DNA of 64,000 nucleotides from Mytilus trossulus (Eukaryota): NCBI RefSeq assembly GCF_036588685.1, contig NC_086382.1, positions 20,336,001 to 20,400,000 of the forward strand, read 5' to 3'. Shown piece by piece: positions 36,961 to 47,924 of this stretch (position 1 is its first letter; each line of letters starts with the position of its first letter). The notes under the pieces were generated by a model. It saw only the letters and a program-made list of their open reading frames with translations, ran no database searches and was not told where the DNA came from. The position numbers and the translations under genes were made by a program.

Positions 36961-39399
36961 TTATTTTCTGTTTTTGTAAGCCTTAAATACACGTAAGCCT
37001 CTCCGATTTGTTTTAAGAGGCGTTTGTGGAGTTATCCCCGTCAAAGATGACGAAACTGATTTAGTAAATGTCACAGTAGTACTTGTTGATACGGTATTCA
37101 TATTTGTTATACTGGACGATGTATTGGTGCTTTCTGGAGCTCCAGTCGATACCGGTATAGTTGTATATAGAGGGGATAATTCAATGAGAATGTGAACATC
37201 AAGTTTTGCAATATTGTTCAATTGTGGAAAGCCATCATCCTCACAGTCTATAAATACTTGGAAAGTTTGCGGCGTTAAAGTTCGCAAAGAGGATTTGACA
37301 ATTATTTCAAAACTATGGGGCGTAAACTTTGTTATACCAAAATATGGTATCTGAAGAATTGAACAATGAATATTACCCCTGTCCCCTCCGTCTCGGTCTG
37401 TGGCTGTAAATCCAGTGATATTTGTTCCCACGTTTGTATCTCTAGAAACATATATACTATGATTTCTTAGGTGTATTTGAGGTGGATGATTGTTCGAGTG
37501 CACCCGAATTGTTGTTGTTGGTCTTAATGTTGTTGGAGCTCTATCAATTGTATCATTGTGACAATGGCCGTAAACTGACGTGAAGGTATCACTAGTAAGG
37601 TCAGTTTTACAGTAGAGACCTTTTAAACATGGACAATCCTCTTCTGAATGAACTGTGGTACACCTATCATTTAGTCTCCCATAAGGCTTACATAGTATAT
37701 CTTCTAATAAGAAGTCGTCACGAGCACAGCAGTATAGGTGAGGGCATGATGTGTGTCGATGGTTGATGTCACAAACAGTAGAACCCTAAGTGAAAAAAAA
37801 TATTTAAGAAATGTTAAAATATATCAAATATGAAACACTCGGCAAAACTATATTTAATTTGTTACTGCGTGTGTTAAATAAAAAAGCTTAATTAGGGTGT
37901 TCGTTTTTATTGATAGTTAATTAACAACGGAACAAAAAAAAATGAAATGAATGGTCTGTCTCCTTGTTTTTGAGATATATGCCATTGAAAATTTGGCGAG
38001 CATTAATTCTCTTTATTTTTTTCATACGTTTAGCATTAATATCTTATTTCTTTGAAAGACCTAAGAAAAATAGCAAATAGCAATATTTGGAGAGAAAACG
38101 AGTAGGTTTATATTATAGATGTTTGGTCCTTTTGCATTTTTTGATTTGTTTTCATTTCAAATGCTGTGATTGTCTGATACGGACTTAATAAAAAAATTAT
38201 ACCACTTTCTTTTTCATAATTCAAATTACCCTTTATTCTGTGAAGCAAATTCGCCAATAGGAATGCGCTGATATGACATTAAGGAATGTAAACTATTACA
38301 CGCAAACCTTGTTTTTACAACATGAAAAAGAACTGATGTATGCTATAAATTTGATTTTGGCTGACAAAATACGCTAAGTGAATAGCATAAAATTGAGAAT
38401 GGAAATGGGGAATGTGTCAAAGAGACAACAACCCGACCAAATAAAAAAAACAACAGCAGAAGGTCACCAACAGGTCTTCAATGTAGCGAAAAATTCCCGC
38501 ACCCGGAAGCGTCCTTCAGCTGGCCCCTAAACAAATATATACTAGTTCAGTGATAATGAACGTCATACTAATTTCCAAATTGTACACAAGAAACTAAAAC
38601 TAAAATAAAAGAAGACTAACAAAGGCCAGAGGCTCCTGACTTGGGACAGGCGCAAAAATGCGGCGGGGTTAAACATGTTTGTGAGATCTCAACCCTCCCC
38701 CTATACCTCTAACCAAGCGTGTCACAAGGTTTCCCTACATGGAATATATCTTCTTTCCTTTTATCCAATGTATTTATATATTAAACTATAAAATTTAAGT
38801 AAAGATTAAAAGATCGACCACTTATTCATCTCTTAATCGATAGTAATACGATATAAAAAAAAGACGATGTGGTATGATTGCATACCTGCCAACATTTCAA
38901 ACTGCCAATGACGGTTTTGCGTGCAAAAAGAACTCATTTGTCCAACAAAACCTTTAAAGGGGCTTTTAAATTTATTTCGTTAATGTGTATTTGCTTCTTC
39001 ATACTTTTACAATCATAAACTAGTTCCAATGGTAAAATTGATTGGTTTGTTTTAATTTGTAGACAAATTGCTCTTTTAAAATTTCCAGGGCAACAGTGAC
39101 AGACATGTGATTGCAAATGAAACAACTCTTCACTCTTTACAACTATAGGACACCATACGGAATTCAAGAATGAGCCAAGCCCAAACCACACAGTCATATA
39201 TGCAAATACCCATCATGCAATTCAAGTATTAAATTGTCATCAGTTGGAAAATGACAAAACAGCCATTGAATTTGCTAAATTAAGTTTCGTCCCCGATTAC
39301 CAGATGTGATAAAAGATAAAATTCAGTCCAACTTACCCTCTGATCTTGTGATTTAACTATCACCAAACTAAATCCAATTAAATATTGAACCAAAAGCAT
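36961..39399 (-). CDS. Secreted prokineticin/colipase-fold + single cadherin repeat + Ser/Thr-rich tail protein, 295 aa; exons 39399-39337 and 37785-36961
   Basis: Exon 1 reads MLLVQYLIGFSLVIVKSQDQR|gtaagt. After the acceptor ttttcacttag comes GSTVCDINHRHTSCPHLYCCARDDFLLEDILCKPYGRLNDRCTTVHSEEDCPCLKGLYCKTDLTSDTFTSVYGHC..., in frame with ORF 36961-37503 (NHPP...ATDRDGGDRG.I.C...CEDDGFPQL, a cadherin repeat). The join is phase 0. Confidence 0.85.
38388..38712 (+). repeat. Dispersed repeat family B, best-preserved copy (intronic)
   Basis: 'ataaaattgagaatggaaatggggaatgtgtcaaagagacaacaacccgacc...ggctcctgacttgggacaggcgc...ccctatacctct'; at least five related copies occur in the window. Confidence 0.85.
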
Positions 39400-41609
39400 T
39401 TCTTACATGTACACAACAAATATACGTACTATACGGTGCTTATCAGATCGAAAATTTGTCTGCTGTGTAAATTGCGTAATGAGGTTAAAGGAAATATGAC
39501 CTTGGTTTTTGTTTATCACGAATGTACACATCTGATGTCTCGTCCGAAAAGTGCACCTGATAGTATGCAAACTGTTATACGATTTATGGCATCCCTGTTG
39601 TCGAAAGTTGGGTAATAGTCTGTTGAGGTATACAGTTTGTTATTTGTTTTGTAAAATCCCTGGAATAACAAGGGATAACAGTTTTAGTGATTTTGTAAAA
39701 TCCCTGAAAATACTGCTCTAGGATTTACAAAATCCCTGATTACAAGTTGGTACTTGATATTATTAATGAGTTTCTTTTAATACAACTAAAATATAAACGA
39801 ACCAATGATTTTTTTAAAACAATTAATACATGCGAATAAAAAATTGTAGAGTGAAAATGAATAATAGGAATATGAACTGATATCAAGGCTCAAATTTACT
39901 TATTTGTGCATGATAAGTTTGGTTGACGTGCATCAACTGTTACACAATTGCCCTTCTTTTCGACTGAAACTATGTTGTTCACATCTAATCTTTCAAGAAC
40001 ATCCACATTGAAATAAAAAACTTGTCCATAATATGTTGAAGACTGTTTAACTGTAACTCGGAACAGATATGAAATTGATACAGCTGATAGACTCAAAAAT
40101 CGGAAATAAGGGATTCAATCTGGTTTTTAAAGTTTGATCACTTTGTGTTTGAAAACATGTATAAGAAGTAAGCTTGAGATATTACCAATCTAAGAATTGC
40201 GATTACAAACCATTTACACTTTTATATGTTGTGTTTTTGATATAATTATTTAATATATGTAAATATAAATGTCGTAAAGAGGCTGCAAAATTACCAAATT
40301 TAATACTTATTTGCTATTATATACCAATGTTTTACATTAAGATGATCTAGTCCTGAGCACATGTGCCACTGGATCATATGATAACCTAATCAAATCAATT
40401 TCTTACTCTTGCTATATGTGTTTTTCTGCTCTCATAACGGTAATCACTTCCATGTATACTAATGAAATTTAATGTAAGAGATTTATACGGTTCATTAATT
40501 AGAAGCATTATGTAATACAGATTTTCTTACAAAATAATAAAAAGAGTTTGTCTTTATTCTGAGCCTTTTATTAATAAGATTTAATGTATACATGTCAAAA
40601 TTCATGATATCATTATCGTTGACCATATAATATCAAAGAAAGGATGCAATCTGCCTTAGCATACTGACACAGAAAGGCGGTTACATCACCGGTACAAATG
40701 TCGCGCATCTTATGGCAAATTTTTAACGAAACTGATAATTTGTAAAGGATGCTTGTAGGTTAGTACGGTCATCAGCTTTAGATCAGTGTATTTGGATACT
40801 GTCGACGTCAGATTTTATATGTGTCATTTTACCGTAAGACACAAAAAGTTTAACTAATATTAGTGTCTGTACAAAAAGATGGGGATAATTTTAACAAGGC
40901 ATAGTAAGGGTGGTTTGAGATCTCACAAAACATGTTGAACCCACCGCACTTTTGCGCCTTTCCTTATTCAGGAGCCTCTGGTCTTTGTTAGTCCTGTATG
41001 TTTTTTTTTTAATTCTAGTGTATTTAGGAATCTATATGTTACGGAGGTTAGTTTCCTCTTTAACTGAACTAGTACACTTTTTTTGTAAAGGGGCCAGCTG
41101 AAGCTCGCTTCACGATTTTCTCATAGTATGAACACCAATTCGTGGCCTTGTGTCGTTTTCTGCTGTTTGGTCAGGTTGTTGGCTCTTTAGCCTATTCCCC
41201 AATTTCATTTTCAGTTGTTTAGTATCATGTGGATAGTTCAATTTTGTATCCTTGGCAATCATACCACATATTCATATTTTAAAATATTATATTTCTGGAG
41301 TTTATAGTGGAGTTCGTGTTATTTATTATTTATTATTTATAACTGTTGATGTAAATGACCTTTTTTTTCTTTAGTCTTTGTTTACTCCTTGGTTGTGATT
41401 GTTATGTCTTTCTGTCACGAACATCCAATAACATAACTATAAAGATAAAAACCAGGACTGGCGAGGTACTTAAACATAAGGAAGTTTGATGTATCAGCCT
41501 ATTGTGTCCATTTACCATAGTAAAATAAGATAACAAATATTAAGATAAAAAAACAGCAACAAGATGCCAAAAAATATGGAAGTTTGATGTTTTAAACTAT
41601 TGTATTATA

Positions 41610-42056
41610 TAAAAAAAGAAGATATGGTAGTATGACGTCCATTATCACTGTACTACTAAGCATATTTTTAGGGGCCAGCTGAAGGACACCTACGGGTGCG
41701 GGAATTCTCGCTACATTGAAGACCCATTGGTTGCCTTCGGCTGTTATCTGCTCTATGGTCGGGTGGTTGTCGCTTTGACATATTCACCATTTCCTTTCTC
41801 AATTTTATGATTGCCTATGAGACAACTATCCACAAAAGACCAAAATTACACAAACATTTTAACAACTATACGTCACCGTACGGCCTTCAACAATGAGCAA
41901 AGTCCATACCGCATAGTCAGCTATAAAAGGCTCCGATAAGACAATGTAAAACAATTCAAACGAGAAATCTAACGGCCTTATTTATGTAAAACAATGAACG
42001 AAAAACAAATATGTAACACATAAACAAACGACAACCACTGAATTACAGGCTCCTGA
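41610..42056 (+). repeat. Family A copy with a family B fragment inserted in opposite orientation (~41628-41805)
   Basis: 'aagaagatatgg' [insert] 'tatgattgcctatgagacaactatccac...acaggctcctga', colinear with 3525-3785. Confidence 0.8.
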
Positions 42057-42451
42057 TTAATTTACTTTAGAAATAAGATAACAATCAAATTTGATTTAAA
42101 ATGAGTAAAACATTGACAGCTATAAAAGGCCAGAATGTATGAACAAATAACGAGAGAGAGAAAATGATATACAACAACATAGTATATTTGTTCTTAGTTA
42201 GGAGGACCTTTAAAAAAGGTCAACTTTTAGAATATGAGATCGCCTTTTATTTAAGGTCAACTGAGATTTGTTCAGAACAAAGATGAGTGATAAATAATGT
42301 TATAACAGTTTTAGTAGTTCAATACTAGTAGTTTTCCCTTTTGAATAATTCACTACACAAATTAAGATCTTTTGAAAATTCCACTTTTCACAAAGTTAAT
42401 TGAAAACTAGTCTTTTATTGCGTACTATGTGTATTAACTAATGGTACAGAC

Positions 42452-43963
42452 TTAAACGGAAGTGGAAGTTTCTGAAGTTTCAGAAGATGATGCTGTTGAA
42501 TTTTCATTACTTGGTGTGGTATTCACAGTTTGTGTAATTTCAGTTTTACTCGAAGTCGATTCTAAATTTGAGTTTATCGTTTCCATAGTTACGGAAGTTG
42601 ATGGAGTGATTGTAGTAGTATCGAATGCTACATTTTCAAGAACAATACTTATAGAAACTTGTCTTATTCCATTTAATGGAGGAGTTCCGTTGTCTTGGCA
42701 TATGATAAGTGTACCCAAAGCTTGTGGAGACAAATTTTCTAATGAAGATGCTACTTCCACTTGGAATAAGTAGCTATCAACCTTTTCTATCTTAAAAAAT
42801 CCCGGTTGTATCACTGAACACTGCACTATTCCGTTTTTACCCGGATCATTATCCTTTACAGTAAATTTTGAAAATGGTTGTCCAACTTTGGAAAATTTTG
42901 AAACTTTTACCGCTGAACTATGAAACTGAATAATTGGAGGATGATTATGTTCCATGTGTTGTTTTCTAGTTGTTGTAGTTAGTATTGTGGTTGATCCTTT
43001 TACAGTTGTTGCAATAGTTGAATCGATTGTCGTAATATTCTTTTGACATTTACCGTAAATTGATACGAAATCTACACTGTTTACATTTGGAACACAAACT
43101 AATCCGGTTTCACATGGACACATGGCTTCATTCATTACTGTCGAACAAGAAGACTTTATTATACCAGTATGTTTACACGTAGTATACTCAGGCAAAAACT
43201 CATCTCTTGCACAGCAAAAACCATCCGGGCACTGCGTTTTTCTTATGTTACATCTAATTTCTGGTTGCTGAAAAAAATCAAGTATGTTATAAGCATGAAA
43301 AAGCAAAACTTACATATTTATAATGTTGATTAGTAAAAAATTATTCTAGAATAATCCTTTGCGTAGCTTTTTAATCAATGACAGAGCACTTTAAGTCAGA
43401 CATACAAAACTGTTTAGAACTAATGTTGCTGTCAGGTGTGTGGTTTTGTACCGTTTTGAAGCCCAGAATGAATTCTTCAGAGAAAGAACTGCCTCACTTA
43501 GACTTTGAGATGAAGAATAAAGAAAGATGACCATTATAGTGCCATTTCTTTGCCTTTTTTGTGTATTTTTTGTTGTGCATGTACTGATTTTGTCATGGAG
43601 GGATATCCAATAACCTTTGCATTTTATCTTGATAATGAAATTATATTCAAATACTTTATGTAAAATTAAGCATTTGCCCCTCACAGCACAAAATATGAAC
43701 AGTCAATATCTAGATACATATGTAAACTGAAATGCTTTAAAAAGTGGCATGCAATTTTCTATATTTAATGATAAATTTTAGTAACCAATGGTCTGCTTAC
43801 TCCGAAGAATACTATATAATTTTTATGCGATATTAAACTCTATTATATGTTTACTTACCTCTGTTGTTGTTTGTGTGGTCAGTTGTGACGTTTTCTTTGT
43901 AGAAGCCTCGTGGCTTGGAAATGGGAAAACAAGTAGTACGGAAAATAATATGTATTGAAACAT
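42452..43963 (-). CDS. Secreted prokineticin/colipase-fold + single cadherin repeat + Ser/Thr-rich tail protein, 306 aa; exons 43963-43859 and 43267-42452
   Basis: Exon 1 reads MFQYILFSVLLVFPFPSHEASTKKTSQLTTQTTTE|gtaagt, followed by acceptor tttttttcag|QPEIRC... Cys spacing is C-x6-C-x4-CC-x11-C-x9-C-x8-CPC-x5-C-x15-C. Cadherin motifs: NHPP, VKDNDPGKNG, CQDNGTPPL. AATAAA lies at 42419-42414 and TATATAA ~40 bp upstream of the ATG. Confidence 0.88.
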
Positions 43964-45964
43964 TTTTGTTCTAGTCGTATTGGTAATCTCAAATTTAAGA
44001 CTTATATACTATAAACATCTGTATATAATCCCATGACCTGTACCTGAAGTATGCCCGACATCCAGTTATTTATCTAGGTACGTCAGGTATTTCGAAAGAA
44101 ATAAAGTGGATCATTTAAGGTTAAATATATGACGAAAGAAGACACGAAGGAATTTTACCATTACAATTGAAGTGGAGTTCAAACATGATAAATGTAGAGA
44201 AATCTGTTTGTTTGTTAGTTGTTTGCTTTTTTATATTCTGTTTTCTGGAAGTTAGATGTATACAGGGAAACAGTTGATCACCAACATAACAACATTGTAT
44301 AATTACAGGTACATAATTTTGTGATATGAACGGATCGATGCCAGTATACACAATTTAGAACGAATCATGTCAGACAAGCTTATCACCAAAAGAAAAGCCT
44401 GACCCGACCGGAGAAAATAAGGTCACCAAAAAGATCTGTGGATACAGTTATGAAAGCGTAAATAGTACGATAACATGGTTACGCAATTTGTTTTATGCAT
44501 TTGAATCTAAAACAAGTTTTCCTTTTTAGTTAATACATCAATTCTATTATTAATTAAATCACACAAAAGACTTTATAAAAATGACTTTAAACAAAAAATG
44601 ACCAACGACTTAATTTCACTAGGAACTCCAGATTTTTGACTTCGAATGGTCTAACTTTTGTTTTTTCTAAACAGTTTAATCTGACTGTTAATCAATAGAG
44701 CTTTAGCTACATGTACATTGTGTTCATCATAATAAAATTGGAAATGGAAATGGGGAATGTGTCAAAGAGACAACCCTACCATATAGAGCAGACAACAGCC
44801 GAAGTCCATCAAAATCTTGATTTATTTGCCACAAAGTCCACTTTTTCTATGAAATGCATTGGAACAGTAAAAAATAATGCTTTGCATCAAGTTTCCCCTT
44901 GGAATATGTACAAAACGGTCTATCTCTATTATTCATTATATCTGTAGTTTTGATACAATTGAGGTTTGAAAAGTTCGTACAAAAATGGCTACAGAAGGGT
45001 ACATAAACCTTAACTTATGATATATCTCATTTTTCGTCCTAACTTTAGGACACCAAATAAGGTGTCTTAAGAGCATCCTATCTTCATCCTAGTGTAATAA
45101 AGTTTGAATTTCGCTTTTTGCTCATTATTTTACGTGAAAATGAACATGGAATGAAACGCACCATCGGTTATCAACTCGTATATAAAGAAAATGTGCATGG
45201 TTGTAAACTTTGAACTTCGTGTTTCACGAATAACAATCTTTTGTTTATATAATTACATTGGTAATTATGCATTTAATTCTGTACATGTTATTATAAAATT
45301 CGTATTTAATTTCAATTGATTTAATATAAATGAGTTTTGAAATCATTAAAAAAAAAATGTTCAGATCTATTGAACACAATAAATATCGTTGTGGTAATTA
45401 ATTTGACAGATCAATTGTCCAGAATATTGTTTAATATTGTTAATTCTTAAAAACATCATATTAATAAGAATTAAGACAAGTTGTATGTCAGCTCGGAGCA
45501 AGATCATAAGGAAACATAATTAGTATACATGTTTTTTAAACAGTTACTGCATACATGTATCAGTATTCCGATTAAACTATACGATTCACTTCATTATTCT
45601 ATTTTTCATTTATATTGCATCGACCTACATCTGCAAATGCAACCTCCATCGCGCCAGGCTTTGTAATACTTAAAACGAAATGCCAACTCAAAATAGTGAA
45701 ATACAAATCAACGTGAATGTAATAAATGTATACTTGATGCTACGAGAAGCAGGCATTATTATTTCAAATTGAAATACCCCACATTATTTTTTTAGACATC
45801 AATCTGAAATTAGAACAAACGCCATAGTTTATACGGTGTATTGGATTATTTCTAGTCAAACTTTGCCAACTATCCGCACAGACAAGCATTGTAAGCCAAC
45901 TTCAATTCGTCGTATTATAAAAACGTACACTTGTAGGGTATGTCATTCAAGCATAATGTAAACC

Positions 45965-46046
45965 TTATATATCGGTTAACCGGTTAATCGGTTGAACGAT
46001 TACCTGAGTAACTGGTTAGTCACAACTGTACGATTTGACAACACTA
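45965..46046. mobile_element. Single hAT-like transposon end
   Basis: Subterminal repeats 'cggttaaccggttaatcggtt', ending in 'cgatttgacaacacta' (TAGTGTTG... terminus on the minus strand). No partner end was seen. Confidence 0.4.
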
Positions 46047-46792
46047 ACAGATACATTTCATCTGTAAATTTAATAGTTATAGAATATTAAATTGTTCGAA
46101 GTAGTTTTTTTTTCTACCAGAGACAAAGATGGCTTTAGAAAATTCGACAACGCGTTGGATCTAATTTGGTTTCAAGGCTTTTCAACTTTGTATTGAATTT
46201 AAGGGGGTAGACCTTGGTCCACGGAGATTACTCTTTGATTCAGTGATGCGTTTGTAATAGTCAAGTTCTATTAATGTATTTTAAGCATTTACCTGAAACA
46301 GATTGAAAATAACCTATGTATCCTAGAAGCTTAGAACGTATTTATGAAAATGGGTGACACAAACGTACTGATGATATTAAGAGTTATTTCCCTTATCCTA
46401 GGTCTAACACCTTAAGCTTGCAATAACTTTGTTTTAAGCGGGCTGATGAGTCCGTCGTCAATTGATAACATATCTAGCCTTATATGTGTCATGAGTATCA
46501 TAAACAATTTGTTTTATACAACTGTTATGACTAATGCATTACCTTAGTTTTAGATAATCAGCCAAGATCTCTTGACCAAAAACATCTTACTAGATGTTTC
46601 TCACTATTACGTACCAAACCAGCGATGAACTGACAAATGCCTACATTATATTTGATAATAATCAAACGCCTTTAAAAGACAATTATTTTCATGTACCACA
46701 AACAAATTCAACCTTAAAAATGGCGATAATCGCAACTAATGAAAAACCGTATTTTTTTTTAACGTGCGTAATTCTAGCTACCGAACTTTTAT

Positions 46793-47924
46793 GGCAGTTG
46801 CTATTTGTCCGGCTAGCCGGACGAATAGTACCAGGACTATTTGTCCGGCCAATACAATGCGCATGTCACTTTATCTGAGTGTGTGCGTGTAATATTATCT
46901 TCAGCAGCACCAGGGGGTAACACATGTTTGTAATCTTAAGTACTAGGGCCTAATCTTGTTACTAGTAACTGATTTTTTCCCTTCATACTAGTATATAGTC
47001 CAATGTGGATAAACGATGCATCGAAAAAAAAAAAAAAAATATCCTATATTTTTAATATAAGAAGAGAGAAGAAATTACATGTAAAACAAATTTGGGTAGT
47101 GTTTGACTCGTGCACAAGTTAGCGTCTAGCTGAAAGAGGTACAAAATTATTATGTCTGTAGCTGTCAAAGAGAATTATAGACCCCTTGTCATAAAGTTAT
47201 CCATATTTTGAGTGAAAGGTGAGAGATTTTTCTATAATGCCCCCCCCCCCCCCCAAAAAAAAAAAAAACATTTAAAAAAAAATACGTGAGGGGGTCGGAT
47301 GACACGGTGTGCTCCTTTTCCCAAATTTTTATTTTTTTCTCCTGATCCAATCTTTGTTGTCCCGTGTATTTCAATACCCCCACTTTTTATAATCATATTT
47401 CCAACAATCCCACTTCAAGTTTGAAGCCTCAAGTGTACTACTTGCAAAATTTATTTTTTTATTTTTTGGAAAAAAAAACTATTAGTTAAATTTCATTCAG
47501 TTAAACATGCAAAATTGTAAAGGCCTTTCTCAACTACTCTTGCTTTGAACATATCTCCCACCATTTACATAGCTGTATAGCGAGTCGAATCATTTTGTAA
47601 AACCGATCAATTATCTTTTATTTCCCATTTTCCTTGTGATTTCAATTTTTTAGTGTCACTTTTATAAGATTATACCATTCTTGGAAGTTCATACTATCGT
47701 ATTCCATTGTCAATTTCCGAAAACTGCAAAAAGTATCACAAAAATTGATATCACCGTTTTCAGCCATCTTAAAATTGAATATCGGTGATCAGATTACACG
47801 CGCCCCCTTGGTGCTACTGAAGATAATATTACACCCGCGTCCGATGATATGACATGCGCATTTCCATGGCCGGACAAATAGCCCTGGCACTATTCGTCCG
47901 GCTAGCCGGACAAATAGCCACTCC
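46793..47924. mobile_element. Non-autonomous DNA transposon with ~125-bp TIRs and a probable 10-bp TSD (Mutator-like MITE)
   Basis: 46793-46917 and 47803-47924 are inverted copies ('gctatttgtccggctagccggacgaatag...tgtaatattatcttcag.agcacca'). Flanks are gaacttttat (46783-46792) and gaatttgtat (47925-47934). Confidence 0.8.

Noticed and set aside
43268-43306. ORF-track N-terminus MLFHAYNILDFFQ
   Set aside because: Intronic read-through up to the splice acceptor; the signal-peptide exon is at 43963-43859.
46443-46480. CTGATGAG motif
   Set aside because: It is not followed by a paired stem II and GAAA.
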